64,000 bases of DNA, from positions 174 to 64,173 of the forward strand of contig CAZXCN010000004.1 of NCBI GenBank assembly GCA_964639185.1. Reading direction: 5' to 3'. Positions 47,410-57,674 of this stretch are shown one piece after another. Within the stretch, counting starts at the first letter, position 1. Each line of letters opens with the position of its first letter. Both the position numbers and the translations under genes were made by a program. The notes beneath the pieces were generated by a model, which saw nothing but the letters and a program-made list of their open reading frames with translations, did not search any database and was not told the origin of the DNA. The stretch comes from an uncultured Candidatus Saccharibacteria bacterium (GTDB lineage Bacteria; Patescibacteriota; Minisyncoccia; Phycocordibacterales; UBA9973).

Positions 47410-47452
47410 AAAAAAACCTGTTGCATTTCCATGCGACAGGTTTTTGGTAATG
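47410..47452. terminator. Bidirectional terminator hairpin
   Basis: 'aaaaaaaacctgttgcatttccatgcgacaggtttttgg' between convergent dcd (+) and the next gene (-). Confidence 0.6.
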
Positions 47453-47464
47453 TCTATAATTCAA

Positions 47465-48211
47465 TTAGATTTCTATTATTTTAAAAAAATCTGCAATATC
47501 TTTGGCTATCTTTTCACCATTTTCCTTAGAATTTAGAACCTTTTTTCCTCTAAAGAATGGGGATATTTCTACCAATATTGATTCTACATTTTTAAATTTC
47601 TTAAAATAATGAAGATTAGTAGTGTCTCCTTTGTACATACATTCGGAAGGCAAACCATCTACATTTGCACAAAAAACATTGTAGTTTTTATTTTTCAAAA
47701 AATAATAAAATTTTTTATCCAGACCCTTAGGGGATGATTCCCCATTTGTACCAAGAATAACGTCAAAATCTATTTTCTCTAATGGTTGCTTTGCAAAACC
47801 ATGCAGATCAAATAAATATACACATTTGTGTTTTTTTAGCAGATTATTGATAATTCTTTTAATCCCATTATGATATGCATTATAAAAAGGTTTAATTTTT
47901 TCATCAGTATATGCAACTTCTGGAACAAAACGATTATAATCGACAAAAGCCCGAGGCAAGAGTCCAATAACAGCATTAACATTACAAGATTTCAAAATAT
48001 CAGAAGCAACATGGAGAATCTGACCATCACCTCCTGTCACAACTTTCTCTCCTTTAATATAGTTGTCTGATAGATTTTCTGATTTGATACGCTTTTGGAA
48101 AAAAGTTTCGAGCCAAGATCCATACATGTTACTCATTCCACCATGAGGCACAGTAATCAGTACTGGGGATTCATCATTTTCCAATACAACAGTAAAGTTT
48201 TTTTCTTTCAT
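47465..48211 (-). CDS. Hypothetical hydrolase, possibly N-formylglutamate amidohydrolase-like
   Basis: 'VLITVPHGG' resembles the N-terminal motif of the FGase family. Weak call. Confidence 0.3.
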   Translation of the reverse strand: MKEKNFTVVLENDESPVLITVPHGGMSNMYGSWLETFFQKRIKSENLSDNYIKGEKVVTGGDGQILHVASDILKSCNVNAVIGLLPRAFVDYNRFVPEVAYTDEKIKPFYNAYHNGIKRIINNLLKKHKCVYLFDLHGFAKQPLEKIDFDVILGTNGESSPKGLDKKFYYFLKNKNYNVFCANVDGLPSECMYKGDTTNLHYFKKFKNVESILVEISPFFRGKKVLNSKENGEKIAKDIADFFKIIEI

Positions 48212-48304
48212 GTTTTTATTCTAACCTATTCTAAAATCAACAAAAAGTCAATACACAATAAAAAAACCTCGAACAAAAGTCGAGGTTTTTTTATTGTGTA
48301 ACTA

Positions 48305-48730
48305 CTATTCTACTACTGTGATACCTGCTGAACGTGCTGAACCTTCGATGATCTTCATTGCGCCTTCGATATCCTTTGCGTTCAAGTCTGGCATCTTCTT
48401 CTCGGCTATTGCGCGAACTTGTGCTTTTGTAATCTTACCTGCCTTTGAAGTGTTTGGTTTACCTGAACCCTTCTCGATACCTGCAGCTTTGAATATCAAT
48501 CCTGCTACTGGTGGAGTCTTTACCACGAAGTCATAAGTGCGGTCCTCGTAAACGAATATCTGTACACCTACTTTATCACCTGCCATATCTGCTGTCGCTG
48601 CGTTGAACTTCTGACAGAATTCTGCAATGTTCACACCGGCCTGACCAAGCGCAGGACCTAGTGGTGGCGCAGGAGTTGCCTTTGCGGCCTGAATCTGAAG
48701 TTTAACTTTCTTTATTATTTTCTTTGCCAT
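48305..48730 (-). CDS. rplK: 50S ribosomal protein L11
   Basis: '[28 protein letters not shown]' L11 N-terminal domain consensus. Confidence 0.9.
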   Translation of the reverse strand: MAKKIIKKVKLQIQAAKATPAPPLGPALGQAGVNIAEFCQKFNAATADMAGDKVGVQIFVYEDRTYDFVVKTPPVAGLIFKAAGIEKGSGKPNTSKAGKITKAQVRAIAEKKMPDLNAKDIEGAMKIIEGSARSAGITVVE

Positions 48731-48812
48731 ATATTTTTAAAAATTTAAATTATAATTACTATTTATCAATTCATCTACTTAATGAGAAGCTTATAAGTAA
48801 ATGATTTCCGAA

Positions 48813-49358
48813 TTACATCTTGCGTACCTGAAGGAAATCAAGCTCGACTGGTGTTTCGCGTCCGAACATTGATACCAATACTTTCACCTTACCACGATCT
48901 TGATCTATCTCGCTAACCTTACCTTCCAAATCCTTGAATGGTCCATCATTGATACTAACGATCTCTTCGATAGCTAAATCTATTTGGTGCTTAGCATCAC
49001 CACCTTCCATACGTCCAAACAAATCATCTACTTCTTTTTTATCAAGAGGTACTGGATTCACACCTGCTCCAACGAACCCTGTAACACGAGGTGTGTTACG
49101 AACTACGTACCAAGAGTTGTCGTCCACTATCATATCTACCAAGATATAACCTGGATAAATCTTTTCCTCTACTTCTACCCTCTTGCTACCTTTGATCTTT
49201 ATCTTTTTTTCTGTAGGAACTATAACACTAAAAATTTTATCATTCATACCAAGTGAGTCGATACGCTGACGAAGATTTCTTAGAACTGCATTTTCATAAC
49301 CTGCATATGTATGTATTGCGTACCAATTTCTCTCACCTCTTAATTCTTGTTTTGCCAT
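48813..49358 (-). CDS. nusG: Transcription termination/antitermination factor NusG
   Basis: 'WYAIHTYAGYENAV' NGN domain and C-terminal KOW 'GDAKHQ...GPFKDLEGKV'. Confidence 0.9.
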   Translation of the reverse strand: MAKQELRGERNWYAIHTYAGYENAVLRNLRQRIDSLGMNDKIFSVIVPTEKKIKIKGSKRVEVEEKIYPGYILVDMIVDDNSWYVVRNTPRVTGFVGAGVNPVPLDKKEVDDLFGRMEGGDAKHQIDLAIEEIVSINDGPFKDLEGKVSEIDQDRGKVKVLVSMFGRETPVELDFLQVRKM

Positions 49359-49395
49359 ATAATTAATTTTAAATTCCCGCCTATTGGCAGGTAGG

Positions 49396-49605
49396 TTATT
49401 TAGTAAGCAGACTCTCTAAACCCTTCTTAAAGATAAAGTCCATAAGACCCAAGTAATAAGCGACAAAAACAGACACAATAATAACAGCCACAGTAAAGGC
49501 TATAGATTGTTTCCTTGTTGGCCACTTCACGTGTGCCATTTCAGCTTTTGTTTCCTTCAAAAATTCAATAATTTTGTTCATATATTTGTTTATATTAAAA
49601 AACAC
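49396..49605 (-). CDS. secE: Preprotein translocase subunit SecE
   Basis: 'VKWPTRKQSIAFTVAVIIVSVFVAYYLGLMDFIF' with a single C-terminal TM. Conserved secE-nusG-rplK order. Confidence 0.7.
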   Translation of the reverse strand: MFFNINKYMNKIIEFLKETKAEMAHVKWPTRKQSIAFTVAVIIVSVFVAYYLGLMDFIFKKGLESLLTK

Positions 49606-49663
49606 CCTGCGGGCGTATATAAATACATACTACCCCTAATACATCGAAAAGTCAATAAACATA

Positions 49664-49689
49664 AAACCCCTCTAAAATAGAGGGGTTTT
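49664..49689 (-). terminator. rho-independent terminator (aaaacccctct-N5-agaggggtttt)
   Basis: 11-bp stem directly after the stop of the DUF305 gene. Same stem family as 19609..19641. Confidence 0.65.
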
Positions 49690-49693
49690 ATGT

Positions 49694-50083
49694 TTATTTA
49701 AACCACTGTTTTTGCCATTCTCGCATCAAAGTAATTTCTTTTGTTTGAGCAGTTATGATTTCGTTAGCAAGTTTAGTTAATTCAGGACGCTTTGAAGTAA
49801 CAAGGACCATTTGTGCCATTTCTACAGCACCTTGGTGATGAACAATCATTTCAGATAGAAATGCTTTATCAAATTCTTCTCCTGTTTTTCCTTCAAGACC
49901 CATATTGTCCATCATAGTCCCATCTGGCATCTTGTGCATCATCATTTTATGAGAGTAATCTTTCTTATCTCCACCTCGGTGATGATTCATCATAAAAAAA
50001 CCACTTGTAATAATTACCCCAACAAATAAACCAATAATTCCATAAAGTACACTCTTGTTTATATTTATGTTTATGTTTTTCAT
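49694..50083 (-). CDS. DUF305-family secreted four-helix-bundle protein
   Basis: N-terminal TM/signal and 'AFLSEMIVHHQGAVEMAQ' (DUF305 signature HHxxA). Confidence 0.55.
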   Translation of the reverse strand: MKNINININKSVLYGIIGLFVGVIITSGFFMMNHHRGGDKKDYSHKMMMHKMPDGTMMDNMGLEGKTGEEFDKAFLSEMIVHHQGAVEMAQMVLVTSKRPELTKLANEIITAQTKEITLMREWQKQWFK

Positions 50084-50090
50084 AAAAAAT

Positions 50091-50885
50091 TTATCTTATT
50101 TCGTATGTAATAGTTACACTTGAAGTTATCTTGTTTTCGCCTTTTGGTAATTCTGGAGCCCTTTCTGGCATAGCAGATCCTGCTGTCATATCCATAGCCT
50201 TGGATGCATACATCATAGGGTATCCATTTGAATTTTCAGAAAAGTTTACAATGTCCCCAATATTTACACCCAATTGCTTTGCCAATATTTCTGCTTTTTC
50301 TTTTGCAAGATCTATTGCTTTTTCTCGAGCTTGATCCTTCAGCACATCTTCATCATCAATACTAAAATTCGGTCCAGAAATATTTGTAATACCGATGTTT
50401 GTTAATCCTGTACGAATCTCATTTGCATTATCAGCCATACGTACTTTGATTGTTATAGATTGAGTAGCTGTGTAGCCAACGATAGTTGGAGATTTTGTTG
50501 GACAGGGATAAGTTATACAAACCACTTGGCCATAATCATATTTTGGGTTTACTCCACCGTATTCGCTCTTTATATCTTTTTCATCTATATTTTGTGATTT
50601 TAGATAATCTAAAGTCTTTGTAAGCATCGCATTCAAATCTGCACTTGCCTCTTTTGAAGTCTTACCTTCATTTTCTAAATTTACATTCAAAACAGCAATA
50701 TCTGGTACAGCCATTACATCTGCATCAGCACTTACTGTAATAGTACTAACTCCGCCATCAGCATGACCTATATAACGCCCCTCCTTTAGACTATTTATTA
50801 TTAATACAATCACAAATAAAGCGAGTAACCCGCCTAGTACTGTGCAAACCTGTATAAACCTCTTGTTTGTTGTAAGTGTTTCCAT
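50091..50885 (-). CDS. SIMPL-domain (DUF541) secreted protein
   Basis: N-terminal anchor, 'VGYTATQSITIKV' and C-terminal 'ITSSVTITYEI' are typical of the SIMPL/26-kDa periplasmic immunogenic protein family. Confidence 0.55.
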   Translation of the reverse strand: METLTTNKRFIQVCTVLGGLLALFVIVLIINSLKEGRYIGHADGGVSTITVSADADVMAVPDIAVLNVNLENEGKTSKEASADLNAMLTKTLDYLKSQNIDEKDIKSEYGGVNPKYDYGQVVCITYPCPTKSPTIVGYTATQSITIKVRMADNANEIRTGLTNIGITNISGPNFSIDDEDVLKDQAREKAIDLAKEKAEILAKQLGVNIGDIVNFSENSNGYPMMYASKAMDMTAGSAMPERAPELPKGENKITSSVTITYEIR

Positions 50886-51006
50886 ATAATTATTGACGAA
50901 TGAATCGCCTATTTATTACTAATAATGTTGTCTTGTGTCCCTATTATACCATAAATAAAAGGCTTAGTTTCCTAAGCCTTTTTTAAGTTAGTATTTCTAA
51001 TACAAA

Positions 51007-52023
51007 TTAATGACCATTACGAAATAAAAATTTTGCAGTTAAAGTAACAAGTAACAAATTCCATGGTCTTAAAAAAGTTATAGACCCTGGACTAATTGCA
51101 GTAGCTCCAGCTTTTTTAAACTGCCACACATTGTATGGATTTAAAATACCACCCCCACCAATAATAGGCTTATTTATCCCATTAGCACGAGCTCCACTAA
51201 TCCATTTCAATGCGTATTTACGAATTGGCTTTCCAGACACTCCACCACGCCCTTTGAATTTAAAAATCTCTTGATATTTATCTAAAGGTGAAATGTATCT
51301 TTTAGAATAGAAAAATCTTTCATATTTGAAATATTTACCCTTATCCTCATAAGGTAATGAATCGAAAGGTATTGTGTTTATTGCATCAAAGCCATAAATA
51401 CATTCCATATCATCCAACTTTTTTGCAACATTGTATGGAAAATCCCAAGCAACTTTAAGAATGATAGGCCAACCTATTTGTGAAAGTATATTATACTCAT
51501 CCACAAAATTTTCAATGAATGAATTCTGTGCATCATGACCCGTGTTGGGGCAAGAAATATTCCAATGGAGGAAAATCTTCTTGGCTTCAAATTGAGATTT
51601 GTAAAGAATAAATACATCACGAATTGCTATGGCTTCCTCGGTTCTTTCTTTTGATGTTACACCGAGCAACATCACAGACAGATGTATTTCTTTTGTCATT
51701 TCCTGCCAAATACCTTTTTGTAAAAGTTTAAATATTCCCATATTAGAAAGGGATACATTATTAACCCCTACCCCTTTTACAAGATTTGCACTAATACATT
51801 TAGGGTTAAATTCTACGGGTGTAACTCCATCAGATTTTAACTCCATGTTACCTACCCTCTCATCAGCAGTAGCTGTTTTCGATTGGAAAGTTATCCAACG
51901 AAATGAAAATAGGAATGGAAAGAGAAATTTAAAGATTTTATGATAAGGGTACCCCTCACCATAGAAACCCATCATGCCAGATGATGCTATCACCGGCGAA
52001 TCAAAGTGGTTTTGCTTTTTCAT
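51007..52023 (-). CDS. Dihydroorotate dehydrogenase-family (class 1-like) flavoprotein
   Basis: 'VIASSGMMGF', 'HWNISCPNTG' (compare NLSCPN), 'GGVSGKPI', 'IIGGGGI' TIM-barrel FMN motifs. Confidence 0.55.
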   Translation of the reverse strand: MKKQNHFDSPVIASSGMMGFYGEGYPYHKIFKFLFPFLFSFRWITFQSKTATADERVGNMELKSDGVTPVEFNPKCISANLVKGVGVNNVSLSNMGIFKLLQKGIWQEMTKEIHLSVMLLGVTSKERTEEAIAIRDVFILYKSQFEAKKIFLHWNISCPNTGHDAQNSFIENFVDEYNILSQIGWPIILKVAWDFPYNVAKKLDDMECIYGFDAINTIPFDSLPYEDKGKYFKYERFFYSKRYISPLDKYQEIFKFKGRGGVSGKPIRKYALKWISGARANGINKPIIGGGGILNPYNVWQFKKAGATAISPGSITFLRPWNLLLVTLTAKFLFRNGH

Positions 52024-52130
52024 ATTTTAAAACTATTTTTCTGCAGTCTAGCAAGGATTTGACAAAACAACAACCCCCTTGCATTTTAAACAAGAAAGTC
52101 CTAGTATAAGCATAAACAAAATTAAAAACC

Positions 52131-53222
52131 ATGGAAAAAGAATTATTAAAAATCCGTATGCCTTTTGATAGGCATGTACATTTTCGCCAACCAGATGGCT
52201 TAATGCCATCTATTATGCCTTTTACTCTTCGTAGTAACTGGGGTGCCGTAGTAATGCCTAATACAAATCCAATAATTGGTGACTGGCAGAGTGCATTAAA
52301 ATATGCAGAACAAATCAAAAAAATAGCAACAGACCTAGAGTACCCTAATTTCAAAGCAGTACTCACATGCTATCTTACAGATGTGACTAATGTCGATACC
52401 CTATCAAAATGTTTCGAACTTGATGTATGGAAAGCTGCAAAATTGTATCCATTAGGAGCCACAACTAATTCTGAAAGTGGTGTGAGTGATATAAAAAAAA
52501 TCTATCCAATTTTGGAAAGAATGCAAAAAATCAAAATGCCATTATTAATTCACCCAGAAACAGAAGCATCGCGTTTTGAAATTCCTTTTACAGATCGTGA
52601 ACGTGTTTTCACAGATGAAACTCTGGTACAAATACATAAAGATTTACCCGAGTTAATAATTTCGGTTGAACACATTACAACCAAAGAGGCCTGCCAATTT
52701 GTAGAAAGCTGTCCAGATAATGTTGTTGGAACAATAACCCCACAACATATTATGTACAATCATGATGCATTGTTCCATAATGGCGTTCCACCATATAAGC
52801 CTGGGATGTATGCGGAAAACATGTGCTTACCAATTCTAAAACATCAAAGTGATGTAAATTATATTTGCAAAGCAATTATGAGCGGATCAAAACACTACAA
52901 ATTTGGGGCTGGTACTGACAGTGCCCCACATGATGAGACCTCAAAACACGATCATTGTAGTCGTTGTGGTTGCTATAATTCATACGCAAGCACAGAATTG
53001 TATGCCATGGCTTTTGATAAACACGGAATGCTTAGTTCTTATGATGAAATCCTTAAATTTTCTGATTTTATGTCTGTGAATAATCTTTGGATTTATGGGT
53101 TAGAACCATCCGAAGAAATGATTACAATCAAAAGAGAGGATCAAGTAATACCAGAGATTCTTCCTGGCAATGTTCGTCCTTTCAAAGCAGGACAAATAAT
53201 ACCATTTAGTATGGTACATTAA
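52131..53222 (+). CDS. pyrC: Dihydroorotase, type II (E. coli PyrC-like)
   Basis: 'KIRMPFDRHVHFRQP', 'VMPNTNP', 'VLTCYLTD', 'AAKLYPLGATTNSESGV', 'PLLIHPE' follow the E. coli PyrC pattern. Confidence 0.8.
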   Translation: MEKELLKIRMPFDRHVHFRQPDGLMPSIMPFTLRSNWGAVVMPNTNPIIGDWQSALKYAEQIKKIATDLEYPNFKAVLTCYLTDVTNVDTLSKCFELDVWKAAKLYPLGATTNSESGVSDIKKIYPILERMQKIKMPLLIHPETEASRFEIPFTDRERVFTDETLVQIHKDLPELIISVEHITTKEACQFVESCPDNVVGTITPQHIMYNHDALFHNGVPPYKPGMYAENMCLPILKHQSDVNYICKAIMSGSKHYKFGAGTDSAPHDETSKHDHCSRCGCYNSYASTELYAMAFDKHGMLSSYDEILKFSDFMSVNNLWIYGLEPSEEMITIKREDQVIPEILPGNVRPFKAGQIIPFSMVH

Positions 53223-53242
53223 AAAGTAAAATTTTATTTAAA

Positions 53243-53270
53243 TGCCCTCTGCAAACAGAGGGCATTTTAT
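53243..53270. terminator. Bidirectional terminator hairpin
   Basis: 'aaatgccctctgcaaacagagggcatttt' between convergent pyrC and the ABC ATPase gene. Confidence 0.65.
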
Positions 53271-53298
53271 TTATTCTAAACAATAAATATTAAAATAA

Positions 53299-53979
53299 TT
53301 ATTGTTTATTCATTACATCACTAGTGATAACACCATCGGTCATGAATATTGTGCGGTGGGCCATCTTTGCATATTCAGGTTCATGAGTAACCATTATTAT
53401 GGTCTGCCCTTCTTTATTGAGTGCTAAGAATGCTTGGATTACTTGCTCAGAAGTTTCAGAATCCAAGTTAGCTGTTGGTTCGTCGGCAAATATTATCTTT
53501 GGATTATGAGCTATAGCACGAGCAATAGATACACGCTGTTGTTGTCCACCAGACAATTGACTAGGTAAGTTATTCATACGATCTGAAATACCCAGCTTTA
53601 CAAGAGCATTCTTTGCTTTTTCCTCAGCCTCTTTTGCATCATAACCCTGCATAAGAAGTGGCAACATTGTATTTTCAAGTGCTGTTAAAGATGGCAATAT
53701 AGCATAATCTTGAAATATATAACCCAAGTCATTGAGTCGTGTTAGGGTTCTATCGTTTTCTGGCATTTTAACAAAATCAGTATCATCGATTAAAACTTCT
53801 CCACTTGTAGGAAGATCAAGTAAACCCATTTGATAAAGAAGTGTTGATTTACCAGAACCAGATTTACCAGAAACTGTAAGAAATTGACCTTCTGGTACAG
53901 AAAAACTAACATCGCTTAGTGCAACAATCACTTGGTCACCGTTTTGAAACTTTTTAGTTAAATTTTTTACTTGTATCAT
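53299..53979 (-). CDS. ABC transporter ATP-binding protein (MacB/LolD-like)
   Basis: Walker A 'GKSGSGKSTL', signature 'LSGGQQQRVSIARA', Walker B 'IIFADEPT'. Confidence 0.85.
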   Translation of the reverse strand: MIQVKNLTKKFQNGDQVIVALSDVSFSVPEGQFLTVSGKSGSGKSTLLYQMGLLDLPTSGEVLIDDTDFVKMPENDRTLTRLNDLGYIFQDYAILPSLTALENTMLPLLMQGYDAKEAEEKAKNALVKLGISDRMNNLPSQLSGGQQQRVSIARAIAHNPKIIFADEPTANLDSETSEQVIQAFLALNKEGQTIIMVTHEPEYAKMAHRTIFMTDGVITSDVMNKQ

Positions 53980-53986
53980 AAATATT

Positions 53987-55261
53987 TTATCTTCCTAAGA
54001 TAGCGCTTAATGTATTTTGCTTTATAACAATATTTGCAGGAATAAACCCAGCTATCATTGTTGTAATTAATAATATTACTCCGCGCCATATAGTACCAGA
54101 TAGTGTTGCAACAAGAATACCATCAGAAAATGGGAAGTCGATTGGGTTCGCCACAAAATATGGCTTTATAAAACCAAAAGTAAGTATCATTCCAAAGGTA
54201 ACACCAAATAATGCATATATAACAGCCTGATATACGTATGAATACAGTATGGCTTTTCTGTTTATACCTATCCCCTTCAATATTCCAATATAACGACGTC
54301 GAGTAATAGCATTTACGAATATGACAATAAATATTGTTATTGATGCAACGACAAGCCCGATACCTGAAATAGCATTACCTAAGATTCCAAAAGTTTGTTT
54401 TATATCTTTTAGGAATTTAGGGAATGCTTCTTCGGCAGTTTGCACACGAGCATATTTATCAACATCATTATCAATCAAAAAGTTCTTTGCAAAAGCCAAA
54501 TCTGTACCTGGTAATAACTGTATAGCTATTGTTCCGGCATTTAGATCACCGCGACCTGTAAGCTTGCGCACCTCAGAATCAAGCGCTACTATCGAGGTAT
54601 CAAAAACATCTACCTTACTCGAAAGTATCCCTTTTACAAAATATTCCTTTGATACATCACCAACAGATATTTTAATACGAGACCCCACTTCTACATTCTT
54701 TAATGTTTGAAATCCTGGGGCTTCGATAGGAGTAAATTCATATAACAAATTCTTACCTATCAATATACTGTCCTGATCCTCCTTGTTTAAATATTCTCCA
54801 CGAATCACAAATTTAGAAACACTAGAGAATTTCTCTTCTTGAACTGGATCAATACCGAGAAGTGACCCACTGGCACCGTTACGTGTCTCGCCAGGCTTGA
54901 TCGTACTACGATAGTCACTTTGTACAAATGCTGAACCTCCATAACGAACAGTATGATTTTTGTATCCTGGAATTGTTTTTACAATATCCACAACCTGAGG
55001 TGTCTGTTCTATATATGAACGATTCAAAAATGAAGAAATAACAATATCACCGATAGCATACTTTTTTTGAGCATCCTCAGAACCCTGAATAAGACCAATA
55101 AGAATACCCGAGACAACAACTAAATTCAAAAATGTAAAAGTCATTACTGCAACAATAAGTGCAGTGGTCCATGTATTTGCTCGACGAATATCACGCTTGG
55201 CCAAAAACCAACCAACGCTTATATTACGTGAGAAAGAATTTTCTTTCAAAACTTTATTCAT
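53987..55261 (-). CDS. ABC transporter permease, FtsX/MacB-like
   Basis: N-terminal TM, large extracytoplasmic domain, then a 3-TM FtsX-like C-terminus. Confidence 0.7.
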   Translation of the reverse strand: MNKVLKENSFSRNISVGWFLAKRDIRRANTWTTALIVAVMTFTFLNLVVVSGILIGLIQGSEDAQKKYAIGDIVISSFLNRSYIEQTPQVVDIVKTIPGYKNHTVRYGGSAFVQSDYRSTIKPGETRNGASGSLLGIDPVQEEKFSSVSKFVIRGEYLNKEDQDSILIGKNLLYEFTPIEAPGFQTLKNVEVGSRIKISVGDVSKEYFVKGILSSKVDVFDTSIVALDSEVRKLTGRGDLNAGTIAIQLLPGTDLAFAKNFLIDNDVDKYARVQTAEEAFPKFLKDIKQTFGILGNAISGIGLVVASITIFIVIFVNAITRRRYIGILKGIGINRKAILYSYVYQAVIYALFGVTFGMILTFGFIKPYFVANPIDFPFSDGILVATLSGTIWRGVILLITTMIAGFIPANIVIKQNTLSAILGR

Positions 55262-55267
55262 AAAATA

Positions 55268-56554
55268 TTATTTTGTATATGTTACACGATCCCCCTCTGA
55301 CAATCCACTAACAATTTCGAGCATATTTCCATCACCCAGAAAACCTGTAACCACCTCTGTATCCTCGAATTTTTTCTTATTTTCATTTATCACTTTCTTT
55401 ACGATACTCTTACCATCAACAATATTTACAGCTTGTTTTGGTAATGCTAGTACACCAGGCATCTCCCCTCCTATAATCACGACATTGGCGTTCATACCGA
55501 CGCGGATGTCGACATCGCTCTTTGGGATAGATGACTTAATCTTGTAGTTCACTACACCATCTGATGTTGTAGCAGATGGATCAATATGCACAACCTTACC
55601 AATAAAATCTTTGCCTGGCATAGCATCAAAATTGAATTTTACAACTTGATCCAGCTTTACATTGGCAATGTTAGCTTCGTTAATATCAGATTCAATATAT
55701 AAGTTAGATATATCTTGTAGAACTATTACCTCGTGATTTACTTGTGACAGTTCACCGATCTTTGTGTCTACTTTTGTTATAGTTCCAGAAGACGGAGCAC
55801 GTATGATCGTGTCTTCCAACTTTGCGAGTGCTGACTGCAATTTACCTTGAGCTTGAGTTATTTCAGCATTTGCAAGTTCAATATCGGCACTGTTGGCAGA
55901 TGCCAATTTTACATTTAGTTCTGCTTGGCGTTGGTCAACTAATGCCTGCGCGGCTGATATAGCAGAATCGCGAGCTTTCTCTGCATTCATAAGGTCATCG
56001 TGTGAACCGACATAACGTATGTCTATATTCTGTTTCCAAAATATATTAAAAACTTTTTCAACAATGGAGTTTTGCTCTGCCACAGTTGTATCATAAGCTT
56101 TCTTTGCATTCTCAAGCAGAACTTTAGTTAAAGCTATGTCTTCGTTTGTATAAGCACTAATAGTCTTGTTGTATTTCGCCCGAGCAGAAGCAAGTGTTCC
56201 CCGAGCGACTGTTACATCGGCAGCCTCTGTGCCTTGATCAAGAGTTGCCAGTATCTGACCCTGATACACCTTGTCCCCCACTTCAATACGGACAGATTTC
56301 ACCACCCCAGCTGAATTGAATGACAAAGATAAGTCGGTCTTTGAAGTTACCTTGCCTGTTGCCTTTACACTCTGCAAAAGATCATTTCTAACAACTGTTT
56401 CAAATACAAAATTTTTATCTGAATTATTCCCTAAAAATTTTAACCCTAAAAGTATTATTAAAAATAAAAGTATTCCATAAAATACTTTTCTACGTAATGA
56501 CCATTTTTTTGCTTTATTTTTTGTTTCTTCTAATAAATTTTTTACTTTATCCAT
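55268..56554 (-). CDS. HlyD/MacA-like periplasmic adaptor (membrane fusion protein)
   Basis: N-terminal anchor, lipoyl-like 'GKVTSKTDLSLSFNSAGVV...GDKVYQGQILATLD', a long coiled coil, then a beta-barrel. Confidence 0.75.
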   Translation of the reverse strand: MDKVKNLLEETKNKAKKWSLRRKVFYGILLFLIILLGLKFLGNNSDKNFVFETVVRNDLLQSVKATGKVTSKTDLSLSFNSAGVVKSVRIEVGDKVYQGQILATLDQGTEAADVTVARGTLASARAKYNKTISAYTNEDIALTKVLLENAKKAYDTTVAEQNSIVEKVFNIFWKQNIDIRYVGSHDDLMNAEKARDSAISAAQALVDQRQAELNVKLASANSADIELANAEITQAQGKLQSALAKLEDTIIRAPSSGTITKVDTKIGELSQVNHEVIVLQDISNLYIESDINEANIANVKLDQVVKFNFDAMPGKDFIGKVVHIDPSATTSDGVVNYKIKSSIPKSDVDIRVGMNANVVIIGGEMPGVLALPKQAVNIVDGKSIVKKVINENKKKFEDTEVVTGFLGDGNMLEIVSGLSEGDRVTYTK

Positions 56555-56563
56555 AAATTTTAA

Positions 56564-57214
56564 TTATCCTATTTTAATGTCTTTTAATTTTTGAATTCGT
56601 GACTCGACAAGTTCGTCTGTGATAAATTCTGGTGTAATATCTGTATGTTTAAATATTTCAGCCTCTATTTCATGTAAAGCTTTTTCTATAACAGCACGCC
56701 TCTCTTCTGTGATGGATGTAGGGTGAGTTTTATATCGAACATGCAAGTCATCTAGTCTTTCCTGCATAGTTGTAACACCATGTATCCCAACACGCATATC
56801 TGCATACAAAACTATCATCTTTTCATATTCATTCGATTCTTTGACTGTTATAGTTTCTAAAAATGAAGCAATATGTAATATCTCTAAGACCCCAAAATTG
56901 ACTCCCAAGTCAGTAGCAATAGCGAGCGTTGCATCATGCTCATTTACAGTATGGTATTTATCAATAAAAGATTTCTTAATATTTTCCCAATGTGCCATAC
57001 CTTCTGGTTCAGAAAATTCAGGAAATTTTTTTAAATCAATATCTACAATTTTACCTATATCGTGCAATAAACATGCATCTATAATAGTCTTCTTGTCTAT
57101 TAAAGGTTTAAAGTGTTCATTTATGATATCAGCAACTGCAGCTACCTTGTACATATGAGTAGCTATATTAGGCATGATCTGACACTCTATATATATGTCT
57201 TGGATATTTCTCAT
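56564..57214 (-). CDS. HD-domain phosphohydrolase
   Basis: 'CLLHDIGK' HD motif. Confidence 0.6.
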   Translation of the reverse strand: MRNIQDIYIECQIMPNIATHMYKVAAVADIINEHFKPLIDKKTIIDACLLHDIGKIVDIDLKKFPEFSEPEGMAHWENIKKSFIDKYHTVNEHDATLAIATDLGVNFGVLEILHIASFLETITVKESNEYEKMIVLYADMRVGIHGVTTMQERLDDLHVRYKTHPTSITEERRAVIEKALHEIEAEIFKHTDITPEFITDELVESRIQKLKDIKIG

Positions 57215-57252
57215 ATAAAATAGTATACCAGAAATAAGCTATCTGGTCTAAG

Positions 57253-57657
57253 TTACTTCAACCTGCCTGGTTCATAGTTAGGATTTATAGCAGGTGGAAC
57301 AGTATCGAGATATGGACCTTTCTCATTTAAAGTTTTCTGTGTCCAAAAACGATAATCTGAATTCATTTTTGAAATATCAACAGTTGATATCATGGGAGTA
57401 GTGTATGAGTGCAATGATAATATAAAGGGAGCTAATTTCTCTGCTAAAGAAGACTGTGTAGTCAGAACAAGCATATACTGCTCTACGTTCTCAACAACAC
57501 CTTGCCATGGGTATATTGATTCAATAGGCCAGAAATCAGCACAGACAGCCAAATGTTCATTTATACACGCTAGACCTATATAACGGGCTTCCTCTTTTGA
57601 ACCACATGTTGTGTAAACAAACACTATTTTATCAGGAGAAACTTTATTTATAAGCAT
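57253..57657 (-). CDS. cutA: Divalent-cation tolerance protein CutA
   Basis: 'IVFVYTTCGSKEEARYIG...HLAVCADFWPIESIYPWQGVVE...HSYTTP' matches the CutA1 fold consensus. Confidence 0.7.
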   Translation of the reverse strand: MLINKVSPDKIVFVYTTCGSKEEARYIGLACINEHLAVCADFWPIESIYPWQGVVENVEQYMLVLTTQSSLAEKLAPFILSLHSYTTPMISTVDISKMNSDYRFWTQKTLNEKGPYLDTVPPAINPNYEPGRLK

Positions 57658-57674
57658 AAATTTTTAAATTATTA

